From contig JBDKUN010000059.1 in the NCBI GenBank assembly GCA_039679675.1, forward strand, positions 127,608 to 191,607: 64,000 bases of DNA, read 5' to 3'. A program made the position numbers and the translations under genes. Source of the stretch: Armatimonadota bacterium (GTDB lineage: Bacteria > Armatimonadota > UBA5829 > DTLH01). The first letter of the stretch is position 1; the number at the start of each line of letters is the position of its first letter. Of the stretch, positions 20,328 to 29,011 are shown in pieces. The notes under the pieces were generated by a model. It did not search any database. It was not told the origin of the DNA and saw only the letters and a program-made list of their open reading frames with translations.

Positions 20328-21459
20328 GCTCCCTTCTTAACTCTTCAATTGATCTTATCAACAATATTGTTTCGCTGTCTGAGACTTCATAGCCCCCCAT
20401 GACGCGCTCGCATCGTTTTATAACCGATTCCAATTTAGATTTATCTACCGATGCAAACCTGAGCACTGCTTCCACGACTTCATTGGGGGGTTCGTGCTGC
20501 TTCACACCAAACTTCATCACAAGCTCTCGCCTGAACGAACTATAAATAGCGGCAAACGCATGCTGCCGCGCATTTGCCCTGTAATACAGTCCTGCCATAG
20601 CGCGGACAAGCTCCCAACCCCTCCGCTGCTCCTTTGCTTCCTTCAGCGGATGGATCTCCCCAAAACGCCGTCCGGCGCTTATCATCACAAGAAGCACGAC
20701 CAGAAGCAGGTTAAATAGCACAAGTTTACCGCCAATTCCAAGCATGGGCGGCATCTCTTCGTCACTCAACGGGTCAGACTTATACTCCGAGAAGAGCACA
20801 CGATCGTTCTTGCCCGCATTTTCGTATATCATATTGGTAGCCAAAACGATATTATCTGTCTTTTTTATGTTGGCGTTTGCGAAGATCATTGGATCACCGA
20901 CAAAGATGATCCTTCCCCTGCCGCTTGGATATTCCGCTGCTATTATAAAACCGTTATTTTCCAGAATAACAGACATTCCGCTTTTACGCCGTGCATACAT
21001 GGGAGTATAGTCTGTGAACACTGTCTTCACATTCGATGTATATCGCCCCGGTTTCGGATGCATTGTATAATAAGGCCGACTTCCGAAATACCTGTTGGCT
21101 TTTATCCCCAGAACATCCATCTGTTTTAGCGGCTTACTGAGCGAGATTATCAGGGTATTTCCTTTTTCGACCCACCTTCTGAGTGTATTTGCATCACGTT
21201 TGGAGAGCATATCCGGGTCCATCATCAGAAGTACCCGTGCGTCGTCTGGAATTTCGGCAAAAGACCTCTTATGCCTGCTCACTTTGAATTTCAGATCCTC
21301 CAGCAGAAGATAAAACGCCTTTGTGCCGTGGGGGCCGGTAGAATAACTGCTTGGCGAATCCATTTTGCCTGCTCTTTTCATCGCAGCCCAGCAGGAGAAT
21401 ATTCCTAGCAGAATTATAATCAGAATCAGCGTCCGGGCGTCACGTGAAAGCCTCATCAC
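20296..21459 (-). CDS. DUF4350-like membrane-anchored protein (MoxR-associated)
   Basis: N-terminal TM (LILIIILLGIFSCWAA) plus a roughly 350-aa domain. Placement between a DUF4129-like gene and moxR with overlapping junctions matches the canonical DUF4129-DUF4350-MoxR neighbourhood. The sequence-level family match was not verified. Confidence 0.4.
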   Translation of the reverse strand: MMRLSRDARTLILIIILLGIFSCWAAMKRAGKMDSPSSYSTGPHGTKAFYLLLEDLKFKVSRHKRSFAEIPDDARVLLMMDPDMLSKRDANTLRRWVEKGNTLIISLSKPLKQMDVLGIKANRYFGSRPYYTMHPKPGRYTSNVKTVFTDYTPMYARRKSGMSVILENNGFIIAAEYPSGRGRIIFVGDPMIFANANIKKTDNIVLATNMIYENAGKNDRVLFSEYKSDPLSDEEMPPMLGIGGKLVLFNLLLVVLLVMISAGRRFGEIHPLKEAKEQRRGWELVRAMAGLYYRANARQHAFAAIYSSFRRELVMKFGVKQHEPPNEVVEAVLRFASVDKSKLESVIKRCERVMGGYEVSDSETILLIRSIEELRRELGIARSNTSK

Positions 21460-22232
21460 TTCGCCTCCGCTGCTTCTACCGACTCATACGCGCGTATGAA
21501 TGACTGGTAGTCACCGTCACAGGCAGACTCATGCCCATACCATTTGCGGTCAAACACCATAGTTACCGGCTTCAGCGTATCGTGGACCTGATGGTATTTT
21601 CTGAGCATAGAAAGGTACTCCCAGTTGGTGCCGGTACGGTCGAACCGAATGAGGTCACGTTCATCCAACCGAAGCAGGATTGCAAGATAGACCAGTCTGA
21701 GTGCTGCGCGGTAATCTCCGCTCACTGCCATCTTCTGAGCTTCATCCAGCGCATTTCGGGGAATAGTGGGGCCTGAATATATGCTGTTATCTTCGTCTTT
21801 TTCTCTGACTTTAGCTGTACGCCTGATATTGATAACATTTGAGGTAATGAGAGCAAGAATACCGATCAGTAGAACTATAGCAATTACAGTGACAATTACC
21901 CCGAATCCATTAGGGACTCCTATCGGTCCTATTCCACTTCCAAATATCCCTCCTAATATCTTATCTATCGCCCTTCCGAACCATTTCAGAAATCTTTCCG
22001 AAAGTGAATAATCGGCACCCGCGAACTCACTCCGCGAGAGAATGGTGTTCAGTTTATCTTTTCGTACCTTTGGGGATGCCTGGACAATCGGGTCCTTTAC
22101 TCGTATGGCTTTTGAGGCAGCGCTGTGCTTAACCGGAGGCTGCACAGGCATAAGTAACTGCCTTGCAGCACCTACCGGCAATACTAAAACTGCCGTTAAA
22201 GCCAATATAGTGATTAGTAGCTTTTTGTTCAT
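21456..22232 (-). CDS. DUF4129-like protein (signal/TM, second TM, cytoplasmic C-terminal domain)
   Basis: C-terminal region ...DRTGTNWEYLSMLRK...FDRKWYGHE... has the T-x-x-EY and WYG pattern remembered for DUF4129. It is translationally coupled to its neighbours (4-nt overlaps). Confidence 0.45.
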   Translation of the reverse strand: MNKKLLITILALTAVLVLPVGAARQLLMPVQPPVKHSAASKAIRVKDPIVQASPKVRKDKLNTILSRSEFAGADYSLSERFLKWFGRAIDKILGGIFGSGIGPIGVPNGFGVIVTVIAIVLLIGILALITSNVINIRRTAKVREKDEDNSIYSGPTIPRNALDEAQKMAVSGDYRAALRLVYLAILLRLDERDLIRFDRTGTNWEYLSMLRKYHQVHDTLKPVTMVFDRKWYGHESACDGDYQSFIRAYESVEAAEAK

Positions 22233-23389
22233 TGCTGCGCGGGAGTATTTTGTTCAGGAGAAGCGGGACAGCCTGGTGTAGTGCATCCTCCGTGTTGGTT
22301 CCAACAGCTTCTATGCAGAACAGATTTGCACGAGGGGCACATCACCCCGTCTTCAAGAGAACGAATCGGATAGTGGCAATGGGCACATACAGGCTCCTGT
22401 GCAATTGCGGGCTGATATTGCACTTGGCCCACATTAGCTGGACTCGGCTTAGGCAGATCGGCTGCATTTCCGGTTCGTGATGCCAGATCGTATGCAAGCA
22501 TCTGAAGGTCGAACCCTTCCTTGCGGATTCTAATATCATAGTAGAGTAAAACAGTTACAATCGGAGATACAGGAGCCACAAGTACTCCAACAATGCCGCA
22601 AATCACCCCTGAAAACAGGCCCATTGCTGTTGTATTATCCCGACCTATGATCGGATAAGCTATGCCAAGGACTCCATATTGGACCATGCTTGAAATGATT
22701 GAGACTATAATGCCAGCGACAAAAGTATAACCCACTATTCTTCCAACATGTCTATCGGCTAAGCGCCAGCTTCTGATAATTGCTTCCTTTTTCGCAACTC
22801 CTTCTACAATAAGCGCCGTATAGCAAAGTGGCAATACTCTCAGTGAGAAACAAGTCACTGCAACAATGGCAGCGATTGTCAACGGTATTCCAATAATCAA
22901 ACCTACCGCTTTATACGTAAACATTAGAGCACAGCCAATTACCCCTATCACGACTAATCCTAAATATACAAGACCTATTAATAATATCGTTAGAAAAACA
23001 GAGCCCAGCCTTTGAAAAACATACTTATACGCATCGCCTATACTGGTAGATACATTCATGTAGCGTTGAGATATTGCATATGTAAATGCACATATGACGA
23101 TTGGGTATGCCAGCATGCAAAGAACATAAACACAGACAATTAAAATGCCTGTAGTTAGTCCTGCATTCGATAAAAACGGGGTAGCTCCTGGACTTGGATT
23201 GCCGCCATGCTGCATATTACCAAGAGTATTGGCGAAATTATTCGCTAGACCGGCGAGGAAGTTCAATGGGAAGAATACCAATGCTCCTATGCCAGCAAGA
23301 AGCGCGAAGTTGTTTTTGTACAGATCGAATGTCTCATCCAGAATATCGCCTAACCCCATCGGCCTAAACCGATTCTTCCGAATTGCCAA
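22229..23389 (-). CDS. Polytopic membrane protein (about 8 TM) with C-terminal prokaryotic-RING-like (Prok-RING_1-type) Cys/His zinc-binding domain
   Basis: Multiple hydrophobic helices throughout. The last 52 aa, CAHCHYPIRSLEDGVMCPSCKSVLHRSCWNQHGGCTTPGC, fit C-x2-C...C-P-x-C...H-R-x-C-W...GGC-x3-GC. It is the first gene of the MoxR operon. Confidence 0.5.
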   Translation of the reverse strand: MAIRKNRFRPMGLGDILDETFDLYKNNFALLAGIGALVFFPLNFLAGLANNFANTLGNMQHGGNPSPGATPFLSNAGLTTGILIVCVYVLCMLAYPIVICAFTYAISQRYMNVSTSIGDAYKYVFQRLGSVFLTILLIGLVYLGLVVIGVIGCALMFTYKAVGLIIGIPLTIAAIVAVTCFSLRVLPLCYTALIVEGVAKKEAIIRSWRLADRHVGRIVGYTFVAGIIVSIISSMVQYGVLGIAYPIIGRDNTTAMGLFSGVICGIVGVLVAPVSPIVTVLLYYDIRIRKEGFDLQMLAYDLASRTGNAADLPKPSPANVGQVQYQPAIAQEPVCAHCHYPIRSLEDGVMCPSCKSVLHRSCWNQHGGCTTPGCPASPEQNTPAQQ

Positions 23390-23441
23390 CTTAGTCCTCC
23401 GTATATCGGCGCCCGCACTGAACTGACGGCAAGGTCTGCCT

Positions 23442-23472
23442 GCATCAAATTATTAAGTATTAATTTGATGCG
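23442..23472. promoter_or_regulatory. Perfect AT-rich inverted repeat (11-bp arms, 8-nt spacer) about 53 nt upstream of the membrane/MoxR operon start
   Basis: GCATCAAATTA ttaagtat TAATTTGATGC. No flanking U-tract, so it is not a classic terminator. The position suits an operator. Confidence 0.3.
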
Positions 23473-23631
23473 GACAGCCATAACTCCTTCATTGTTTCAA
23501 GAATTTGGCATGGTATGTGGGAATGAGGTGATACCTGTCAATTATTGTCAGTTTATAGCAGAAACGACCGTATGAGCCGAGACGAAGCGCGGGGCTTCAT
23601 CGGTTCATTTCCGTTTTCCCGCGCATACGCT

Positions 23632-23847
23632 CTAGACTATGCCGACATTTACTGCCTGTGGGCCCTTCGATCCATCTACAAGCTCAAACTCAACACACTG
23701 CCCTTCACTTAGAGATTTATATCCATCCTTCCGTATTGCAGTGTAATGGACAAATACATCTCTATTTCCATCCACCTCAATGAAACCATATCCCTTGGCA
23801 TCATTGAACCATTTGACCTTCCCGGTCATCATACTGCTCGATTCCAT
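23632..23847 (-). CDS. cspA: Cold-shock protein (CspA family), second copy
   Basis: [38 protein letters not shown]...GPQAVNV. The N-terminus aligns with E. coli CspA MSGKMTGIVKWFN. Confidence 0.85.
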   Translation of the reverse strand: MESSSMMTGKVKWFNDAKGYGFIEVDGNRDVFVHYTAIRKDGYKSLSEGQCVEFELVDGSKGPQAVNVGIV

Positions 23848-23900
23848 ACTCTATTGCTTCCTCCGTTACATGCCAAGCAAGCAGGCTTGTAATGTCACTT

Positions 23901-23929
23901 ATTGTAACATCAGTCAGCCCGCCTGTCAA
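23901..23929 (-). promoter_or_regulatory. Sigma70-type promoter for the second csp gene (TTGACA-17-TACAAT on minus strand)
   Basis: On the minus strand, TTGACA (plus 23924-23929), a 17-nt spacer, then TACAAT (plus 23901-23906). This leaves about 47 nt to the ATG, which is preceded by a GGAGG. Confidence 0.45.
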
Positions 23930-24202
23930 CCATATTTGGAAGAAATCTAGCGTTATTCGTTATAACATTAGGTGTTTTTCATATTCTGCTCGTATTTAAG
24001 AGTGGGACGTGAGCATAAGTGTTCAGATATAATCTTGTTTCTGTATATCTTCGGACATTAACTGAGGTATTCTGCGATTCTATCGTTGCTTCAACAATCT
24101 TGCCAAAGCGAGAATGCGTAACGCCAAGGTGGTAACTTATATCGGCATTTGTAGGACGTATTTATGTTGTTCTATTAAGCGAACGGAGGACGTTATGAGG
24201 TT

Positions 24203-25186
24203 CTATTCGTCTTTTGTATTAGCGAGAGCGCGTATTTCACCGCAGGTTACGGCGGCTACACCGACTTTTCTTACTGCAGCGCCGCCTGCCAGGTTGCCGA
24301 TCTTTGCCGCGGCCACCGGTGATGCTCCTGCCGCAAGGGCAAGACTGATTGCGCTGATTACAGTGTCCCCCGCGCCGGTGACATCATATACTTCTATAGG
24401 GACTGCAGGAAGCGTTGCGTCGAAGTCTTTGCTGAATATAGTAAGTCCAACAGAGCCGCGGGTTACTACCAGGCAATCAAGCGAAAGTTCCGATAACATG
24501 CTCCGCCCTGAGGCCTTGATAATCTCTTCGTCCTTAAATTTCAACCCGGCAACGGTTTCCGCCTCAGACTGGTTGAGTGCAACCAGCCTTGCACCCTGGA
24601 ACCCGCGAATATTGACCGGTTTTGCGTTTGCAGTGCATATCTTCCCCATTCCACTTGCAAGCGCGACAACTCTTGAGGCAACTTCCGGCTTCAGCACGCC
24701 TTTGTTATAATCAGAGAGCACCAGAACATCACAGTCTTTCAGTTTTTCGCGAATATTTTCCAGTATTTCCTCGATAACGGCTTCATCTACGGGATCCTGT
24801 GTCTCTCTATCGACCCTTACAACCTGCTGCCTGTGAGAAACCCATATCCGAGTCTTGCGCGTGGTCACGCGTGACTGGTCAACCACCAACCCGCTTGTGT
24901 CAACACCTGCATTAGAGAGTTTCTTCGCCAGCTCTTCTCCATACGGATCGTTACCGACCACGCCGACTACTGCCACGCTTCCGCCAAGTGCTCTGATGTT
25001 ATTTGCAACATTTGCAGCACCGCCGGGAAGCACTTCAGAGTCGCCATTTGCGTCTACCACGAGCACTGGCGCTTCAGGTGACACGCGGCTGGTTGTCCCC
25101 CAGATGTGCTCATCCACCATCAAATCACCGACGACAAGAGCCCTCAACTGGCCAAATCGTTCGAGAATGTGAGACAAGCTATCCAA
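24203..25186 (-). CDS. hldA: D-glycero-beta-D-manno-heptose-7-phosphate kinase (RfaE domain I / HldA-type PfkB kinase)
   Basis: ALVVGDLMVDEHIWGTTSRVSPEAPVLVV and the C-terminal DVTGAGDT motif. Only the kinase domain is present (327 aa). It is the last gene of the LPS cluster. Confidence 0.7.
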   Translation of the reverse strand: MDSLSHILERFGQLRALVVGDLMVDEHIWGTTSRVSPEAPVLVVDANGDSEVLPGGAANVANNIRALGGSVAVVGVVGNDPYGEELAKKLSNAGVDTSGLVVDQSRVTTRKTRIWVSHRQQVVRVDRETQDPVDEAVIEEILENIREKLKDCDVLVLSDYNKGVLKPEVASRVVALASGMGKICTANAKPVNIRGFQGARLVALNQSEAETVAGLKFKDEEIIKASGRSMLSELSLDCLVVTRGSVGLTIFSKDFDATLPAVPIEVYDVTGAGDTVISAISLALAAGASPVAAAKIGNLAGGAAVRKVGVAAVTCGEIRALANTKDE

Positions 25187-25190
25187 AGAC

Positions 25191-26147
25191 CTAACCCTCC
25201 TGTGACTCTATTACCGCAGCCGCGATTAGCGGCAGCATGATCTCATGATGCCCCACCAGCGATACCGACCTTCCTCCAAGCGCGCGTACCCGCCTAACAA
25301 TCTGTTCTTCTGATCGGTATTGGCGTATAAAGTCTAGGTTTACCGCAAATACTTTATCCATATTGCACCCGATGTTCGTTGCCATTGCAAATGACTTCAA
25401 TGCTACTTCGGGAAGTATTACGGCGGAGCCTACATTAAGGAGCACCCCACCCAACTGCATTAAATCTTCAATTTCGGCTGCGAATATCCTGAAGTCACGT
25501 AGCGAACAATCGCCTATGGCTGAACCATCGGCTCCCGGATGCATATGGACTATGTCCGTACCTATTCCGACATGCACCGTCACCGGAATTTCTGCTCTAC
25601 TTGCCGCAACAAGCAGACTTGAGCCTATACCCGGCGCATTTGACTTTATAAGCCTTTCGCCAAGAGATTCACCAAATCCCCGTTTCGATTCCAGACCGGC
25701 TACAGCCGCAGAGTTCACAAACTGAGCGGTCTCCATGCCCATGCCGAACTTGCCTTCCTTCAGGCCGGCCACTACATCCTCTGATGTACGGCCGTAGAGC
25801 GCCATTTCCGTGTCATGTATCGCGCCTGCGCCGTTCATGGCAAGCCCAGTGATGATCCCTCTGGCAATAAGGTCTGCTATAACCGGAGACAGCCCGCATT
25901 TGATGACATGAGCTCCGATTGAAAGGATAACCGGGCGCTTCTCGTGGGCCGCATCCGAGATGGCTGTTACTGCTGCTTTAATATCCCTGCCTGCCAGAAT
26001 ATCAGGAAAAGATGAAATAAGGTCGGTTATCTTACCGCCCGCTCGCCATGCAGACGCCGCACTTCCAATCTCGACCTTTCTATGCTGTTTTCCGACCTCA
26101 TGAGCCTTTATCCGGCTGCAATCAAATTCTCTAAACTTCGATGACAT
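25191..26147 (-). CDS. Deoxyhypusine synthase-like (DHS-like NAD-binding fold) protein of unknown role
   Basis: GRDIKAAVTAISDAAHEK...LSIGAHVIKCGLSPVIADLIARGIITGLAMNGAGAIHD aligns by eye with human DHPS GRAVQQVNAMIEKK...[38 protein letters not shown], including the shared IKC, and IPVTVHVGIGTDIVHMHP aligns with [21 protein letters not shown]. The assignment is by memory only. Confidence 0.4.
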   Translation of the reverse strand: MSSKFREFDCSRIKAHEVGKQHRKVEIGSAASAWRAGGKITDLISSFPDILAGRDIKAAVTAISDAAHEKRPVILSIGAHVIKCGLSPVIADLIARGIITGLAMNGAGAIHDTEMALYGRTSEDVVAGLKEGKFGMGMETAQFVNSAAVAGLESKRGFGESLGERLIKSNAPGIGSSLLVAASRAEIPVTVHVGIGTDIVHMHPGADGSAIGDCSLRDFRIFAAEIEDLMQLGGVLLNVGSAVILPEVALKSFAMATNIGCNMDKVFAVNLDFIRQYRSEEQIVRRVRALGGRSVSLVGHHEIMLPLIAAAVIESQEG

Positions 26148-26169
26148 CTTTATCTTTCCCTAGAAGCGG

Positions 26170-27132
26170 TCAGCTTTTCTGCCAACTACCGAACAACTTT
26201 ACATACAACCAACTTTCGCGCTTTGGCCTGCCCAATATATACCAGAGAGCAACCAACCCATTTACAACTACCTTTCGGCGGTAATGCTCAGCAAGACCGA
26301 GTGTCACTACAACACCCAACGCATTCAACAGGGCCTGTATCAGCGCATTAGTAAACTGACAGCACCCTACCATCAGCTCAGGGACGATACCGAAATGCTT
26401 ACGCATGTAATAACAACGGCCCCGATTTCGTTCAATATAGGATGCTATACGTTTACACCTTACCGAAACCCCAATAAAATGTATGATCTTCGCTTCAGGT
26501 ACATATTCCATCTGCCAACCGGCATCAGCGATCATCTTGGAGAGGTCCGGGTCTTCGCAATAGAAGAAATATGACTCGTCAAAACCGCCAGCCTCTTTAA
26601 ATGCTGCCTGTCTGACCATAATAGCTGCTGCGCAAAAATATGCAATTCCTGCAAGCTGCTCTTTCCGCTCCACCATACTGGCAATTTTATGTCTGACACT
26701 CTTCCTGGCGCTCGAAAAAAGCACCGTTTTGGGAGTCATCAGCAGTGCCACAACTTCCTGATCCTTGTCATCAGCGTCCACAATCCGAGGCGAAGCTATA
26801 CCTGCTTTTGGGTTAGATTCCAGAGCTGATGCAAGACGTTCAACTGCGTTTGGACATACCAGGGTATCGCTGTTTAGAATGAACAGAAACTCACCCTGTG
26901 CCTCTTTTGCGCCAAGATTATTCGCCCGCCCAAACCCAAGATTTTTACTGCACTTTATTACCTTGACCGATGGAAACCGCTCACAAATAGCCTCAGCAGA
27001 CCCATCGGATGATGCATTGTCTACAACGATTATCTCGTAAGGCCTTGGGGGAACCGTCTTCTCAAGAGATGCTATGCAATCAATTACATGCTGTTTTGTA
27101 TTATGATTGACTATGATAACGCTAATATCCAA
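26170..27132 (-). CDS. Glycosyltransferase family 2 (GT-A fold)
   Basis: MDISVIIVNHNTKQHV...EIIVVDNASSDGS...ILNSDTL is the canonical GT2 N-terminal DxD-type signature. Confidence 0.75.
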   Translation of the reverse strand: MDISVIIVNHNTKQHVIDCIASLEKTVPPRPYEIIVVDNASSDGSAEAICERFPSVKVIKCSKNLGFGRANNLGAKEAQGEFLFILNSDTLVCPNAVERLASALESNPKAGIASPRIVDADDKDQEVVALLMTPKTVLFSSARKSVRHKIASMVERKEQLAGIAYFCAAAIMVRQAAFKEAGGFDESYFFYCEDPDLSKMIADAGWQMEYVPEAKIIHFIGVSVRCKRIASYIERNRGRCYYMRKHFGIVPELMVGCCQFTNALIQALLNALGVVVTLGLAEHYRRKVVVNGLVALWYILGRPKRESWLYVKLFGSWQKS

Positions 27133-27149
27133 TTTATTTCTGCTAATAA

Positions 27150-27920
27150 CTACTGTCTATTCAATTTTTCTTTGCAGTTGTTGCTTTGTAATTCCCACAT
27201 AATGGAGTAATGCACCAACCTGAAAAAAACGGGCATTGCTGAAAATACCAACCCCGGCACTCCGTGCATAAACCCCCGCCACAGGATGTAACGCCTGAAA
27301 AAGAGGTTCGGAAGCTCTGCAAAGTGACGGAATCCTACACGTTTTCCCTTAGCGAAATCGTCTTCTGCGCAGGCTCTTGCATACCGAAGGTTCTTCTCAT
27401 ACCACTCTTTAAGCTCTGTTATATTATAATGTTCAAGATACCCCTTGACCCAGCCGCATTTGCCACCGTAAACAAGCTTTGCATGAGTCGAACGGTCGAT
27501 AAACTTCACTCTATCCCTGCGGAATAGCCTTATCTCAGGCTTGGGGTGCATAACCCCGTATTCAGCCGGTTTATCTCTGTAATAATTTCTTCTGAGCATC
27601 TTGTAAACATCATACTCAGGCTCAGTTTTCAGCAGAGACTGTATGTTCTTCGCAAGCTCAGGAGATACAGCCTCGTCTGCATCTATAAAGACCGTCCAGC
27701 GGTTCGAACACTTGTCTGCAGCAAGCTGCCTCTGCCTGTTGGAACCCGGCCACTCGTTATAGAAAAACTTATCTGTGTATTCCCGGCATATATCTTCGGT
27801 TTTGTCAGTGCTGCCGGAGTCGACAATAACTATCTCATCCGCCCATTTGACCGATTCCAGGCACTCACGTATGCAATTCTCTTCATTCTTCGTAATGATG
27901 ATAACTGAAAGCTTTTCTAT
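27150..27920 (-). CDS. Glycosyltransferase family 2 (LPS-core WaaE/KdtX-like), apparently initiating at a non-canonical ATA codon
   Basis: The ATG ORF (27150..27599) is only the C-terminal half. Extending the same frame upstream gives a stop-free EKLSVIIITKNEENCIRECLESVKWADEIVIVDSGSTDKTEDI..., the conserved GT2 N-terminus. There is no in-frame ATG, GTG or TTG before it. An ATA at 27920-27918 sits 7 nt after a GGAGG and overlaps the upstream gene's TAG (ATAG), and it gives a 256-aa product typical of this family. Confidence 0.55.
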   Translation of the reverse strand: MEKLSVIIITKNEENCIRECLESVKWADEIVIVDSGSTDKTEDICREYTDKFFYNEWPGSNRQRQLAADKCSNRWTVFIDADEAVSPELAKNIQSLLKTEPEYDVYKMLRRNYYRDKPAEYGVMHPKPEIRLFRRDRVKFIDRSTHAKLVYGGKCGWVKGYLEHYNITELKEWYEKNLRYARACAEDDFAKGKRVGFRHFAELPNLFFRRYILWRGFMHGVPGLVFSAMPVFFRLVHYSIMWELQSNNCKEKLNRQ

Positions 27921-29011
27921 TTCTCTTTCCTCCGCTGGGAGATGAGTTCAGATGCAGCATCGAATGCACGATCAACCGTAATAGCCTGAAGACATTTAAA
28001 ATCTCCGCATGTAGGCTTATGTCCGCACGGAGCACATGAAAGTTGCTCCCAGAGCACTTTCGACTTATCGCAGTACGGCCCGGTTATCCTCGGATCAGTC
28101 GGCCCAAAGATCGCAACCACCGGAGTTCCCACTGAAACCGCGAGATGCATCGGCCCTGTATCATTACTGACTACCGCATCGCATTTTTCGAGGACCGCCG
28201 CAAGCTGACCGATCTTCGTGCGCCCAGCAATATCAATCGGCGGGTTCTTTGCCTTCCGCATCACTTCATCTACTGTTTCGCGCTCGGATGCCGACCCTAC
28301 TATTAGCACATTTAGGCCATCTGAGGCAAGCCTGTCCGCCAATGCTGCATACCGGTCAGGGAACCACTGCTTCGCAGCAACACTCGATCCGGGACTGATA
28401 GCTACAGTCGGTCTGTCTTTCGTTATTCCGACGGATTCGAGCAGGTCTGCTGCAAATTCACGTTCCTCTTTCGATGTAAACATCTCCATTTTGGGGTTTC
28501 GGACATCCGCGCCGATCGTCCGCACAAGATCGAGATACCAATCCACCCTGTGGCAGCCGGGCCTGCGTGAAACTGGATGCGTCAGAAACCTTGTCAGCCC
28601 AGGCTCATCGAACCCGACTCTTGTGGTCGCACCGGCCCACTTTCCGAGCGCGGCCATTCTGACGGAACTGAAGGTAAAGAGCACGCTCGTATCGCACCCG
28701 CCGGCGCGCACCTTGGGAATCATCTTGATGATCGAAAGGGGCCCTCTTTTTCGCGTCAGAACCTCATCAACGCATGGATTATGATTGAGAAGGTCCTCCA
28801 TACCGGAAAGGACGACATTGCGAATGCGCGCATCAGGAAAATTTTCTTTCAGTGCCCTTATCGCCGGTGTAGTGAAGAGGATATCACCAATGTGGTTTAG
28901 GTTGAGCAGAAGCAGGCAGCCATGATTGTTATGCAAATCAGGCAACCTCTTTTCGTGTATTTGGTTGAAGCGCGTTCTGCAAAACATCGCGATATACGCG
29001 CAGATTGCCAT
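27917..29011 (-). CDS. waaF: ADP-heptose:LPS heptosyltransferase (GT9; WaaF/RfaF-like)
   Basis: LLLNLNHIGDILFTTPAIRAL (the GT9 N-terminal R-x-SS-x-GD region) and C-terminal VSNDTGPMHLAVSVGTPVVAIFGPT. The true start is probably a later ATG, GTG or TTG than 29011. Confidence 0.7.
   Translation of the reverse strand: MAICAYIAMFCRTRFNQIHEKRLPDLHNNHGCLLLLNLNHIGDILFTTPAIRALKENFPDARIRNVVLSGMEDLLNHNPCVDEVLTRKRGPLSIIKMIPKVRAGGCDTSVLFTFSSVRMAALGKWAGATTRVGFDEPGLTRFLTHPVSRRPGCHRVDWYLDLVRTIGADVRNPKMEMFTSKEEREFAADLLESVGITKDRPTVAISPGSSVAAKQWFPDRYAALADRLASDGLNVLIVGSASERETVDEVMRKAKNPPIDIAGRTKIGQLAAVLEKCDAVVSNDTGPMHLAVSVGTPVVAIFGPTDPRITGPYCDKSKVLWEQLSCAPCGHKPTCGDFKCLQAITVDRAFDAASELISQRRKEK

Noticed and set aside
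24114-24710. 198-aa plus-strand ORF
   Set aside because: Antisense overlap with the heptose kinase gene. Ala/Pro/Thr-rich translation typical of GC-skewed shadow frames.
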